DNA of 64,000 nt from an uncultured Acidobacteriota bacterium (GCA_963708395.1 CAVPSG010000001.1:271434-335433); one strand, 5' to 3'. Shown: positions 21,359 to 32,461, counted from the first letter of the stretch. The notes: a model not told the origin generated them from the letters alone. Made by a program: numbers and translations.

Positions 21359-23416
21359 TCACCAGAGAACGGTCTGGAGCCAGCGCTTGAGAATCCGCGC
21401 GACGTTGACGAGCGGCGAGGCGCGGGGCCCCGAGATCTTCGCGAGGCCTGTCATGCCGGGCCGGAGCGATCCGTCGGCGTTGTCGAACTCGGCCCGCGCG
21501 ACGAATCGGTCGGGACGCGCCGGCGGAGCGGACGGGTCGGCCGTCGAGGACGACGTGGCGGGGTGCTCGAGGGTCGCTGCCGAGACTTCGACGATCCTTC
21601 CGTGCGCGGGTCGCAGCGGCCGGCCCGGCAGCATCGCCGACACCTCCGCGCCGACCCTCACGTCGTCGAGCCGGCGCTCCGAGAAGCCGAGGTCGGCGCG
21701 CAGCTTCCGCAGGTCGCCCACCTCGGCGAGCGTCGTTCCCATGACGATGTACCGGCCCTTCCAGTCGGCGAGGCGGGGCGTCAGGATCATTCCAGCGATC
21801 GGGCTCCGCACGACGAGGCGGTCCGCCCGCGCCCGATCGCTCGCGAGCTCGGACTCGACGGAGCTGCCGCGGCGCTCGGCGGCGAAGGCCAGAGCCGGGT
21901 CGCTCGCCCCACGCGCGCGATTGGCCTCCTTCTCGAGGTACTGCCGCTCGGCCGTGAGCTCGCGGCCCCGCGCCGCGATCGAAGGGCTCTCGAGACGGAA
22001 CACGGGTTGCCCGACCGCCACGACGTCCCCTTCATTCGCGAGAACCTCCACGACGACCGCGTCTTCGGTCGCCTCCAGGCGCGCTTCGTTCGACGCACGC
22101 AACAGGATGTCCGTCCGGACCTTGCGGTGCGTCCAGGGCACGAGGAGCAGAAGAGCAAGGAAGACGGCGCCCGCGATCAGAGGCCTTCGGCTTCGGCTGG
22201 ACATGATCAGGTCCTTCTTGTCGAGATAGAAGAGGCGCGCCGTCCGCGTCACGAGTCGGACGCGCTTGCGGAAGATCCGCAGAAGCGTGAGCACGAGAAG
22301 TAGAACGGCCAGGTCCGGGAAGTACTTCGAGTAGAAGTTGAAGAAGAGGCCGCCGATGAAGGTCATCACGACGCCGATGTAGGCGAGCGCCAGGGGCGCG
22401 TAGATCCAGAAGATCCGGCGCTTGCGCCGCGAGTGCTCGGGAACCTCGACGGACAGGCGCAGGACCTTCCGCTGGAACAGCGCGCCGAGGTACTGGAAGG
22501 ACTCCTCGCGCAGCTCGGGAATCTCGAGCACGCTCGAGAGAGCGTAATAGCCGTCGATCTTGATGAGCGGGTTGATGTTGAAGAAGACGGTGGACGCTCC
22601 CGTGAAGAGCATCGTTTTGTAGGCGAACTCGTTCAGGAAGCTGTCGGGATAAGAGATGACCCACAAGAAAGTCGCCGCGAAGCAGATGAAGCCCTCGATG
22701 TAGATCCCCGCGGTGGTCGTCCAGAGGCGATGCCACTTGCTCTCGAAGAGGAGCGAATCCGTCGTGTCGCAATAGAAGGCCGGCGTGAAGTAGAGCAGGG
22801 CGATGCCGATGTCGTGCACCTCGCCGCCGTAGATCTTGGTCGCGTAGGCATGCGCGAACTCGTGGATGCAGCCGATGATCGAGAGCAGGAGGAAGAACTG
22901 GATCGCCTCGAGGAGCGGTTTCGACAGGAAGGCGTAAAGCACGAGCGTCCCGGACCAGATGGGCCGCCAGTGCTGGATGAAGATGCCGACGGTCCAGATC
23001 GCGGCCAAGCACCACGCGAGCACGACCGGCGGCGTCCAGATCCATCGCACGTATTTCACGGTCCGAACGAGGAATCGCTCGGGATCGAGCACGTGGAACG
23101 GGATGAAGAAGATGTTACGGCCCTCGGCCTTCTCTTCCGCGGCGCGCTGGCGCGCGGTTTTCGCCCGGGCGAGAAGCTGAAGGTTGCGCTCCGCGACGCT
23201 CTGCTCGATCAGGTCGATCTTCCGGAGCATCTCCTCGAAGTCGAGGACGAGAGTGGAGGGGATGCTCTCCCTCGGGAACTGGCTCCGGTACTCGTCGAGG
23301 ATCTCGGCGCGCGTGCGCGTGCCGTCGTAGAGCTGAATCAGGCCCCATTCCGAGTCGGAGAAGTTGTAGTACTTGATCGTCTCCGGGTTCTTGACCACCC
23401 AGGTGACTTCGCCCAT
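21359..23416 (-). CDS. Triple fusion: PqqD-like (RRE-like) domain, M50 site-2-type metalloprotease, HlyD adaptor domain
   Basis: 685-aa ORF. EWGLIQLYDGTRTRAEILDEYRSQFP..VLDFEEMLRKIDLI resembles PqqD. HEFAHAY (HExxH) lies in a polytopic region. The C-terminal HlyD-like part carries VVRSPIAGMI. The frame stays open and protein-like (..PALRHDLVIRRIVQ) upstream of ATG 23416 without a canonical start, so the true start is uncertain. Confidence 0.8.
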   Translation of the reverse strand: MGEVTWVVKNPETIKYYNFSDSEWGLIQLYDGTRTRAEILDEYRSQFPRESIPSTLVLDFEEMLRKIDLIEQSVAERNLQLLARAKTARQRAAEEKAEGRNIFFIPFHVLDPERFLVRTVKYVRWIWTPPVVLAWCLAAIWTVGIFIQHWRPIWSGTLVLYAFLSKPLLEAIQFFLLLSIIGCIHEFAHAYATKIYGGEVHDIGIALLYFTPAFYCDTTDSLLFESKWHRLWTTTAGIYIEGFICFAATFLWVISYPDSFLNEFAYKTMLFTGASTVFFNINPLIKIDGYYALSSVLEIPELREESFQYLGALFQRKVLRLSVEVPEHSRRKRRIFWIYAPLALAYIGVVMTFIGGLFFNFYSKYFPDLAVLLLVLTLLRIFRKRVRLVTRTARLFYLDKKDLIMSSRSRRPLIAGAVFLALLLLVPWTHRKVRTDILLRASNEARLEATEDAVVVEVLANEGDVVAVGQPVFRLESPSIAARGRELTAERQYLEKEANRARGASDPALAFAAERRGSSVESELASDRARADRLVVRSPIAGMILTPRLADWKGRYIVMGTTLAEVGDLRKLRADLGFSERRLDDVRVGAEVSAMLPGRPLRPAHGRIVEVSAATLEHPATSSSTADPSAPPARPDRFVARAEFDNADGSLRPGMTGLAKISGPRASPLVNVARILKRWLQTVLW

Positions 23417-23544
23417 CTGGACGATGCGGCGGATGACGAGGTCGTGTCGGAGAGCCGGGCGGTCGCCGGCGGCGCCGTGTTTCTCGGCGAGCGCGGCGGC
23501 TGTGTCCCCCGTGCGCGCGGCGAGCAGGCCACCGGGCCGGGCGC

Positions 23545-25964
23545 TCAGGGCAGCAGCGGCCAGACTTTCTCCAGAGCCAGCGCGCGGGTTTGCGCAGGAG
23601 GAGCGTCGCGATGCTTCGGCGGCCGGCCCAGACCTTGCCGGTGCCTACCATTCCGGTCTTGAGCATGCCGTCGGGGTTCTCGGCGCGGACCTCGGCGATC
23701 AGGAACCGGTCCTCGCCTTCCTCGCGGACGCGCGCGCCGAGGCGCGCGACGGAGCCGGGGAACGTCCGCGTCGGGTAGGGGTTGATCTTCAGGGCCACGC
23801 GCTGGCCGACGGCGACGAGCGCCGCGTCCGCCTCCGGCACCGCGACCTCGGCCGTGACGGTGGCGGCGTCGGCGACGACCGCGAGCTCGTCGCCCCGATG
23901 CAGGAACTGGCCGACGCGCTCCTCGATGCGCGGGGTCACGATGACTCCGGCCGCCGGCGCCGTGAGACGCGTTCGCGCCAGCTCCTCCTTCGCGAGGGTG
24001 ACGCGCGCCTCGAGCTCGTCTCGGTGGGACTGCGCCTCGAACATATGGGCCGAGTCGCCGGCTTCGCGGAAGCGCGCCACGTCGCTCGCCGCGATCGCGA
24101 GCTCCGCCTGCGCGTCGGCGAGCCGCGCCGCGTACGCCTCGTCCTTGAGGGTCGCGATCACTTCACCGGCGGCAACGCGGTCTCCCTCGTGGCGGCGTAC
24201 CGACGCGATCACGCCGTCCACGCCCGCCGTGACCGAGCCGCGCGAGGCGGGGCGCACGCGCGCCGGCCCCGCGATGCGCAGACGCCATGGGATGACACAG
24301 AGGAGGACGGCGACCGCGGCGGCCGCGATCCAGGCCGCACGGCGCCGCCGGGGGCGCTCTCCGATCGCACGGCGTTTGGATGCGAGCGGCTTCCAGAATC
24401 CGACGAGCGGCACCTGCCGGTAGAGCTGCGCGTTGCGCACAGCGACGGTCGCCTGGTTCACGAGGATCTGGAGGAGGTCGCGTGTGTCGCCGCCGAAGTC
24501 GAGTGGGTCCCTGCTTTCGAAGGCGAGCACGCCGAGCTTGCCCTCCTCGTCGGAGAGCAGCGCCGCATGGAAGGACCGCAGGCCCGTCTCCTCGAAAACG
24601 GCGCGGAATTTTTCCTCTGTCTCGGGCCGATCCGCCGAAAGCGCGCCGTCCGGCGTCTGCGTCACGGACACGTCGTGGCCCGAGAAGAACACCCACTGGA
24701 GGAGGCCTTCCAGCCGCTTAACCTCGGGCTTCGAGCGGTCCACTTCGCTCGCGCCCGAGATCGCGCCGAGGCGCACCTTCCCCTTCTCGAGGATCGCGAT
24801 TGCGCAGCGGTCGTACGTGATGAGCGCTGCCGTCGCGTTGACGATCGTCTGCATGACCTTGTCGAGATCGAGCGTCGCCGTGATCTCGCGGCTCACCGCG
24901 AGCAGCGCGTCGAGCTCCTCGACCTTCTTCTCGGCTTCGTACTGCCGGGCGGTGCGCAGGGCGCGCACGGCTTGACGCGCGACGTCCTGGAGTAGCTCCT
25001 CGTCCTCGGGCGTGAACTCCGGATGCCGGCCGCGCTTGTTCGCGAGCACGAGCGCGCCGATCGAGGTCTGCTCCTCGACGAGAGGCACCGCCAGCACGGA
25101 TCGGATCGGATAGCCCTCGACCTCCTGATACACGGGATCGCCCTCGGGGATCCGGTTGCGGTGGATGGCCGTCTGGTCGGCGAGGACGTCCCCGACGAGC
25201 GTGGCGCCGACGGCGTCGGGCGCCGGCGAGACCTCGTAGTTGTCGTTGACGGCGGTCGCGGCGAGCGTCGCGTCCTCGCCGGAGAGGAGCCAGAGCGAGG
25301 CGGTCTCGGCCGTCGCGAAGTCCACCGCCTTTCTCACGATCAGCGTCGCGAGCTCCTGCGGAACGATCGTCGCGCCGAAAGCCTTCGAAAGGTCGTAGAG
25401 GTTCGTCAGCCGCTCGATCGCGCGCAGCATGCCGATGGTCTTGCGCTCGGCGCGCAGGGCCCGGCCGAGCGCGGGCGCCGCGTCCTGGAGGAAGCCGGAG
25501 AGCCGCGCGAGGGCCGAGTCGGGGTCCTCGCGATGCCGAAAGAGGAGCACGAGCAACGCGACCACGAAGCCTTCGGCCTCGAGCGGCAGAGCGACTGCGA
25601 CCTCCGTTCCCGGCGGCATCCCGCGAAGGAACGGGTCGTCGGTCGTCGCGAGCTCCGAGTTCTCGAGCGCGACCGCCTGTCGGTCCCGCACGAGTGTCCA
25701 TGCGACGCCCGAGTCTCTCGGCACGGATCGCCGTCGGAAGCCGTCGGTGCCCTCGCCGGCGTTGCCGATGCACAGAAAGAGGGGATGAACGGTGTCCGGG
25801 GCCCAGAGGAGTGCGCCGTCGGCCTGGGCCATCTCGGCGCTCCACCGCGCCGCCCAGCCCGAAGTCTGGGACAGGTTCTCGCAGAGGGCGAGCTCGGCGA
25901 GCGCCGAGATCGGGCGTTCGGCGTCGTGCCCCTCCGGGACCCCTCCCTCCGGCGTGTCGGGCAT
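23545..25964 (-). CDS. 3xGAF - TM - HlyD-family adaptor fusion protein (frameshift in the last ~10 codons)
   Basis: ORF 23115..25964. It has three GAF-like modules, one TM segment (AAWIAAAAVAVLLCVIPW) and a HlyD domain (LTAPAAGVIV). Restoring one A in the run at about 23566-23570 gives ..ARWLWRKVWPLLP stop at 23547-23545. As given, the frame reads on for another ~140 aa of Arg/Pro junk across the next gene. Confidence 0.8.
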
Positions 25965-25983
25965 GAGACTCTCGGACGCCTTC

Positions 25984-26319
25984 CTAGAAGCTCAGGACGG
26001 CTTTTTCCAGGTCGTTGTGAATCTCGAACACCGAGTCGAGCTTGGTCATCTCGAGAAGTTTTCGAACCTGCGGCCCCGCATTCAGGAGCTTCGTCTGTCC
26101 GCCTTCCTTCTGCGAGATCGTCAGCGCGCGCACGAGCGCTCCGAGACCCGAGCTGTCGAGGAATCCGACGCGCGCGAGATCGACGAGGAGGTGGATTCGT
26201 CCTTCCTCGAGGAGGCGGGTCACCGCTCTCTTGAAGGTGGATTCCGCATCGCCGATGACCAGGTCCCCGACGACCGTCAGGATCGTCACTCGCCCGTCTT
26301 CCCTTGTCGTGAGTTCCAT
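25984..26319 (-). CDS. STAS-domain protein (anti-sigma-factor antagonist, SpoIIAA-like)
   Basis: 111-aa ORF with LDSSGLGALV (phosphorylatable Ser context). It ends 19 nt before the GAF-HlyD ATG. Confidence 0.85.
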   Translation of the reverse strand: MELTTREDGRVTILTVVGDLVIGDAESTFKRAVTRLLEEGRIHLLVDLARVGFLDSSGLGALVRALTISQKEGGQTKLLNAGPQVRKLLEMTKLDSVFEIHNDLEKAVLSF

Positions 26320-26542
26320 GTGAAGCGGGCGCCATTATGTCGAAAACGCCTATTCCGTCCAAGGGGCCGGCGGGGGCCGTCTTTGGAGGCGTCGAGAAGT
26401 TCAAGGCGGATCCTCACTTTCGCGATCCGATCCCGTTCTTCGAGTAGTTCCACGACGAAACGGGGGCTGGCCTCGGCGCCTCGCTCCGGACTGGCTGGAC
26501 CGCCCTCGTCGTGAAGCTTCTCCAGCAGAGCGAGGGGCTCCG

Positions 26543-29500
26543 CTAGACGCGCGGGTCGGACGATCGATTCCACCGCCCCGGCGCCCACATGTCCGCCATC
26601 CGATTCGGGTCTCGGATTCCCTGGGCGCGCATCGCATCGGCTGCGGCCGCCGTGAGCGCTCGGCCTGCCTCGCCGGCCGTCAGCGCGCCGCGTCGGGAGC
26701 GCGAAACGGCTGCATAGAGTGCCATATCGGTGGCGCCGAGCATCTCCTCCGCGGACGCGAGATGCGCGACGGTTTCCGCCGCGTCGCCGCGGATCGAAGC
26801 GATGCCGGCAAGGAGAAGGCGCGCGAGCGCGTTGCCCCAGGGCATGTCCTCCCGCTCGATGCGCCGGACGTCTCTCGCGGCCTCGGCGAGGAGGGGTTCG
26901 TACCCGGATGATTCCCCGGCTGCTGCCGCGATCGCCGTACGCGCGCGCAAATGAAGGGAGTTGATGCGGATGGTCTGGATGCGCAGGAACAGGGACTCTT
27001 CGAGCGCCGGCCAGCGCGCGAGCAGGTGTTCCCGCGCACCTCCGGCGGCGCCCTCGTACAGCAGCGTCTCGACCTGACCCGAGAGCTCGTACCAGCACTG
27101 GAGCACATAGCCGCGGGGCGAGAAGGCCTCGATCGCGCGCCGCAGCTCTTCCCGCGCCTGCGCGGGCTCGTCCTGCGCGAGGCAGGCAAGGTAGGAAAGG
27201 CGTGTTCGCATGTTCGTCGCTGCGAAGAGGTCGCCGCGGTCCTCGGCCTCCTTGAGAAGCGACGGAAGGGCCTCCTGCAGCTCGCGGAACTCTCCGAGGT
27301 AGGCGAGTGCGAGGAGCGAATAGTAGTTCGAGTTGTCGATCTCCCAGGCGACGCCGCGGCAGCGCTCCCGCAGCATCATGCCCGCGCTCCGGGTCAGGTC
27401 GCGCGCGGCCTTCCAGCGGCCTTCGAGGTTCGCGGCGATTCCCGCCACGGACATGGCCCAACCAATTGCGTACGGATCATCGATCCGATTGGCAAGAGCC
27501 TCGGCGGACTGGAGGAGGCGCTTCGTTCTGCGGCGCGCACGGCCCCCGGACGTGGCCGAATAGCCGGCCTCCAGCGCCAGGGCGCGCGCGACGCGGTACG
27601 GCTCTCCCGCCCGCAGCGCCATGAGGAGCTGGCGTGAGTGAAAGTCGTTGCCGCGAATCGGGTCGGCGAGCGAGATCCCCTTGGTGGCCGACCAGCAGAC
27701 GTCGATTCGGGAGAGGGTCTCGCGCGAGATCTGGCTGGCGTCGCGCTCGCGAAATCGCAGGCCGCGCAGGCGGACGAGCAGCCGCCGCCAGAGCATCGAA
27801 AAGAGTGCCGCGCGAGGACTGTCGGCGAGCCTCAGGCCGACCTTTTCGAGCACCGTGCGGAGCGTCGAGAGACCCTCTTCGATCCGCCCGCTGATCAGGA
27901 ACTGCTCGGCGGCGCGCCGGCGCAGGTCGAGGGCGACGTCGGCGGGCGCTCCGGACACCGCGTCGAGGTAGGCCTGCGCGGCCTCGGCGCCGTGGCCCGC
28001 GTTGGCGAGCGCGTCGGCGAGCCGGATGCAGAGATCCCGCCGCGCGGGATCGGCCGCATTCCGCTGCTCCAGGGCGACGCGATAGAGGCGTGCGGCTCGA
28101 TCGAAGGCGAGCGCCTCGGCTGCTTGCACGGCCGCGGCCGAGGAGTACTCTGCGGCGCGCTCGGCCTCGCCGGCCTCATGGAAGTGCAGGGCGAGGGCCT
28201 CGGGGTCGGTCGTGCCCGAGCCCTCGAGCGCGAGCGCTAGCCCGCGATGATGGGCTCTCTTTACGTCCGCGGAGAGGCTCGCCGACACGACTTCCCGAAT
28301 CCGATCGTGATACGGCTCGATCTCCTCGCGCCCCGGCAGGGTGCGGGTCCGGATCAGGTGACGTTCGCGCAGGAGCGCCTTCGGGTCCTCCTCGCGGTCC
28401 TCGATTCCCGCGGCCCGCCGGGCGATCGCCGCGCCGCAGCGGGTGCCCGGCCACTGCCAGGACCTCGAGCATCAGGCGCGCGGGCTCGGGCAGGCGGGCC
28501 ACGCGTGATCGGATCACCTCCTCGAGCGTCGCGCCGCGGCCCGGCCGTTCGCCGGCGGCGGATCGGGCCTCGGTGAGATCCATTCCGGCGAGCCCGAACC
28601 GCACGAGCTCGGAGAGGAAGAAGGGACTGCCGCCGGATTCGCGCGCGATTTCCTCGACCCGCTCGGGCGCGGCGTCGCCGAGGAGCGCGGCCGTCAGCTC
28701 CCGCGCCTCGGCGCTCGACAGGACCGCCAGCTCGAGGTCGCGGACCTCGAGGGAGGCATCGGGTGAGGGCGCCGGAAGAAAGTTGCGGAGGAAGGGGCTC
28801 GTCGCCGCCTCTTCGGTGCGATAGCAGGCGACCAGAAGCAGCGCGGGCGGGCGCGGCGGCCGGAAGATCTCGGCGAGAAGCGCCGCGCTGTCCACGTCCC
28901 CCCATTGCAGGTCGTCGAGGAAGAGGACGACGTCCTGCTGCTCGGCGAGCCGCGAAAAGAGCTCGCGCAGCGCCCCGAAGGCGCGGCGCCGCTGCTCCTG
29001 CGAGTCCGGGATCTCGAGGACGCGTCGGCGCGCGCCGGCGATCGACTCGACGCGGCGAAGCACTGGAAAGAGGCGCGCCAGCGCCAGGACGTCTCGGGGA
29101 AGGACCTCGCGCGCCTGTTCGGCCGGCAACTTCTTCAGGAACTGGCTCAAGGCGTCGACCAGGCTGTCGAGCGCCTTGTAGGGGACCGACTCGCGCTCGT
29201 AGCAGCGTCCCGAGAGGATGACGGCATCGCCGCTTCCTCGCAGCTCTTCGAGAAAGTGACGGGCCAGCGCCGTCTTGCCGGTTCCGGACGCGCCGTGGAG
29301 GCGGACGACGACAGCGCGCCCGTCGCGGGTCGCGCGGAAGGCCGAGCGCAGCGCTTCGAGCGGCTCGGCCCGGCCGACGAAAGGGGCGACGGCCGGGGAC
29401 GTCGGGCGCTCCGCGCCGCGCTCGTACGTCGCCGCCTGGATCTCGCCGAGCCGCGCGAGGATCTCCTCCGCGCCCGGACGGCCCTCGGGATCCCGGCGCA

Positions 29501-30335
29501 GCAGGTCGCGGCAGAGCGCGTTCAGGTCCTCGGGGGCCGTCGGCGAGACGTCGCGTGGCGCCGGAGCCTCGGCGTGCCGCTTGTCCCACACCATCTCGAC
29601 GAAGCTGCCGGTGAACGGCCAGCGGCCGGTGAGCGCCTCGAAGAGCATGACGCCGAGGCTGTACCAGTCCGTCGCCGGAGACACCGAACGGCCCGCGCCC
29701 TGCTCGGGCGACATGTAGGCGGGCGTTCCGACGACCGAGATGCTGCGCTTCGAACCGGTCAGGCTCACGTCGGTGACGAGGCCGAAGTCGAGGATCACGA
29801 GCCGGTCCTCTCGCGAGATCAGGACATTCGACGGTTTGAGGTCCCGATGGAGCTGTCCGGCGCGGTGAAGCGCGTCGATTCCCGTCGCGGCCTGGCGCAG
29901 AGCCGCGCGGATGCGAACCGGGTGCGCCGCATGCCGGAAGATCTCGCGCGGCGGGGGAGGCGGGGCGGCTGCCGGAGTCGGCTCGGTGGGCGCATCGGGA
30001 AGCGCTGCGGGCGTCGCCACCGACTCGCCGCGGATCCACTGGAGAAAGTTGACGCCGTCGACGAGCTCCATCGTGAAGAACCACCGGTCGCCGTCGGCGA
30101 GAAGCTCCTTGAGACGCACGAGGTTCGGATGCACGATGTCCGCCAGGGCCCGAAACTCGCGCTTCAATCGGAAGAGCGCCTCGACGTTGCTCTCGCGCAG
30201 AGTCTTGAGCGCGACGACCTCGTTCCGCTCGCGATCCAGGACCTGATACACGACCCCGAAGGCGCCGGCACCGAGGCGCCGCTCTACGCGGAAACGCTCC
30301 GTCCCGCGAAACTCTTCTTCCTTCGCGGCAGGCAT
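26543..30335 (-). CDS. Ser/Thr protein kinase - AAA/NTPase - TPR-like giant signalling protein (about 1260 aa; 1 frameshift near 28435-28445)
   Basis: ORFs 28176..30335 and 26543..28288 form one gene. The first carries HRDLKPSNVLI, DFGLV and Walker A GASGTGKTALA. The second is a helical repeat region. Shifting frame after ..LAVAGHPL gives AAIARRAAGIEDREEDPKALLRERHLIRTRTLPGREEIEPYHDRIREVVSASLSADV.. continuous with the second ORF. Confidence 0.8.
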
Positions 30336-30396
30336 CGGCCTCTGTTCTGAGCGAGTCGAGCTATCGGATGATACCCAGGAGGGGAGGACCGCGCTT

Positions 30397-30612
30397 GTGA
30401 AGCTCTCGCGGACCGCCGATCACGAGGTCGTGGAGCTCATCCTCCGGCAGGAGCCGGCGCCGGGCGCCCGGCTCGTGCTGCGCGATCCCCTCGGGGAAGA
30501 AGGAACCTGGATCGTGATCGACTGCCGGCCCGATCCCCACGGCTGGAAGGTGACGGCGGTGCGGTGTCTGCCGGTCTGTCGGAAACATTCGGGCGCCGGC
30601 GAGCCTCCTTGA
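30397..30612 (+). CDS. Hypothetical small protein (71 aa)
   Basis: GTG start 8 nt after AGGAGGGGAGGA. High GC3. No recognised motif. Confidence 0.45.
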   Translation: MKLSRTADHEVVELILRQEPAPGARLVLRDPLGEEGTWIVIDCRPDPHGWKVTAVRCLPVCRKHSGAGEPP

Positions 30613-30665
30613 CTCGGATCTAGAATCGGCCGCGTCCGCTGGAGCTTCGCCCGCGAGGAGGTGCG

Positions 30666-31550
30666 ATGGGGGACGTGACCTCGATCGTCGAGATTCCGAT
30701 CACGAGCTGGAATGCGCCGTGCCCGGACGCGGTCCGCGAGCGGGCGGTCCGTGCGCTCGAGGACGGGTCGGTGCTGCTCTTCCCGGGCCTCGCCTTCGAG
30801 ATCGAGAACCCCGAAGCGCCCCTTCTCTCCGCGACGATTCTTGCGAAGGGCAAGAACGTGAGCTACGACGCGGCGACGGGGAAGGTGGCCGCGTCGCGTC
30901 TGGACGAAGCCGGGATCGAGCGCCTGAAGGTCCTGATGCGCCGGTTCGTCGATCACAGCGGTGCGCTGCTCGCGAACGTCCTTCCGGGTTACGTTGGCGC
31001 TCTCGTCCGGGGCCGCACGAGCCTCCGCCCGGTCGAGGTCGAGGGGCGGCCGTCGTCCTGGCGCAAGGACGATACGCGCCTGCACGTGGACGCCTTTCCG
31101 GCCTCTCCCGTGCGGGACCGTCGCATCCTCCGCGTCTTCAGCAACGTGAACCCCATGGGGCAGACGCGCAACTGGCGGGTCGGTGAGCCGTTCGAGCGCG
31201 TCGCCCGCCGCTTCCTGCCTTCCCTCTCGACGCGTCTCTGGGGACGGGGCCTCGTTCTCCGTGCGCTCGGGATCACCCGGAGCCGGCGCAGCGCCTACGA
31301 CCACTGCATGCTGCAGATCCACGACAAGATGAAGGCGGACCTCGAATACCAGGCGTCGGCGAACCAGTTCAAGTACAACTTTCCCGCGGGGACGACGTGG
31401 ATCATGTACAGCGATCAGGTGTCGCACGCGGTGCTGTCCGGGCAGCACGCGCTCGAGCAGACCTGCTACCTGCCGGTTGCGCGCATGCAGGATCCCGTGA
31501 AGTCGCCGCTGAAGATCCTCGAGCGGCTGACGGGCCAGACGCTGGTCTGA
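30666..31550 (+). CDS. kdoO: Kdo (3-deoxy-D-manno-octulosonate) hydroxylase-like Fe(II)/2-oxoglutarate dioxygenase
   Basis: 294-aa ORF. RLHVDAFPASPVRDRRILRVFSNVNP..RNWRVGEPFE matches my memory of the KdoO family. Confidence 0.7.
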   Translation: MGDVTSIVEIPITSWNAPCPDAVRERAVRALEDGSVLLFPGLAFEIENPEAPLLSATILAKGKNVSYDAATGKVAASRLDEAGIERLKVLMRRFVDHSGALLANVLPGYVGALVRGRTSLRPVEVEGRPSSWRKDDTRLHVDAFPASPVRDRRILRVFSNVNPMGQTRNWRVGEPFERVARRFLPSLSTRLWGRGLVLRALGITRSRRSAYDHCMLQIHDKMKADLEYQASANQFKYNFPAGTTWIMYSDQVSHAVLSGQHALEQTCYLPVARMQDPVKSPLKILERLTGQTLV

Positions 31551-31603
31551 GGTTGCCGCGTCCGCGACGCGCGGAGATGGAGGGGACCGGATGACCGGGC
31601 GGC

Positions 31604-32353
31604 TCAGTCCGTCCAGTGGAGACCGAGAGCCACCGCCAGGAATTTCGCCAGCTCGCCGCGCGTCACCGCCTGGCTCGGGCAGAAGTTCCCGCCTCCGCAC
31701 CCGCTCGTGATCCCGGACGCCGCGAGCGCTTCGATTGCGCGGAAGTAGAGGTGGCTCGTCGGGACGTCGGCGAAGGTCGCCGAGGCGGGCGCGGGGTTGA
31801 TCTGGAGCCGGTACGCGATGAGCGCTCCGTTCAATGTGTTCGTCTTGTCGGTGGCGGTCGTGCTCCCGACGAGCACGAGCTGCCGATCGCCGTTGCGCAT
31901 CGTGTAGCTCAGGCCCGTCAGGTCCTTCGATACGGCGCCGCACCCCGGCGTTCCGCCAGAAGAGTTCAGCTCGGCGAGCGCGTCGGTCGCACAGTCGACC
32001 CCGACCGCGTCGCAGTCGAGCAGACGCAGATTGACGTGCTTTCCGGAAAGGCTGAAATCGCAGTATTCGAGCTCGAACCGCGTCAGCAGGGCGCCCGTCG
32101 GAACGTGCCCCACGGCATAAAAGACTCCCGACGCCGTCGAGGAATAGAGACCGAATGCGGACACGGGCGTTCCCGTGTAGTCGGCGCCGACGTTGGCGCA
32201 GCACGAGACGAAATCGGTGAACCCGACACGGCTGACGACCTGATCTTGAGTCCCGAAGGTCCTCGGCTCCGCTTGTCCGAAGGCGACCCCTGCGGCGAGC
32301 ATGAGGGTCGCTCCAAACGACAGAAACGGCGGCGGAGACGTTTTCCTTCGCAT
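31604..32353 (-). CDS. Secreted protein with a C-terminal SLH (S-layer homology) domain
   Basis: 249-aa ORF. Signal peptide ..LMLAAGVAFGQA. SLH-like FADVPTSHLYFRAIEALAASGITSGCGGGNFCPSQAVTRGELAKFL. Confidence 0.7.
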   Translation of the reverse strand: MRRKTSPPPFLSFGATLMLAAGVAFGQAEPRTFGTQDQVVSRVGFTDFVSCCANVGADYTGTPVSAFGLYSSTASGVFYAVGHVPTGALLTRFELEYCDFSLSGKHVNLRLLDCDAVGVDCATDALAELNSSGGTPGCGAVSKDLTGLSYTMRNGDRQLVLVGSTTATDKTNTLNGALIAYRLQINPAPASATFADVPTSHLYFRAIEALAASGITSGCGGGNFCPSQAVTRGELAKFLAVALGLHWTD

Positions 32354-32385
32354 TGGGCCTCTCTTGCTTCGCGCCGTTGCGGACT

Positions 32386-32461
32386 TGGAGCCGACGGCCG
32401 GACTTGAACCGGCGACCTGCGGTTTACGAAACCGCTGCTCTACCGACTGAGCTACGTCGGC
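32386..32461 (-). tRNA. tRNA-Thr (anticodon CGU)
   Basis: GCCGACG-TA-GCTCAGTCGGTAGAGC-A-GCGGT TTCGTAA ACCGC-AGGTC-GCCGG TTCAAGT CCGGC-CGTCGGC-T-CCA folds as a cloverleaf. 76 nt, CCA encoded. Confidence 0.95.

Noticed and set aside
20709-22229. 506-aa plus-strand ORF spanning the repeat gene, the terminator and part of the M50 gene.
   Set aside because: It is a third-frame read-through of GC-rich repeat DNA. It crosses a strong terminator and runs antisense to a well-supported gene.
23115-23544. C-terminal ~140 aa of ORF 23115..25964, overlapping the start of the M50-HlyD gene.
   Set aside because: It is Arg/Pro-rich junk produced by a 1-nt deletion in an A run near 23566-23570. The corrected frame stops at 23545.
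26321-26345. TGGCGCCCGCTTCA on the minus strand just upstream of the STAS ATG, resembling a -24/-12 element.
   Set aside because: The spacing is off by one, TTCA replaces TTGC, and it ends only about 5 nt from the start codon.
32386-32461. Possible genomic island, integrase or prophage next to either tRNA gene (32386-32461 and 62024-62100).
   Set aside because: No integrase, transposase, phage genes or duplicated tRNA 3' ends are visible within the window.
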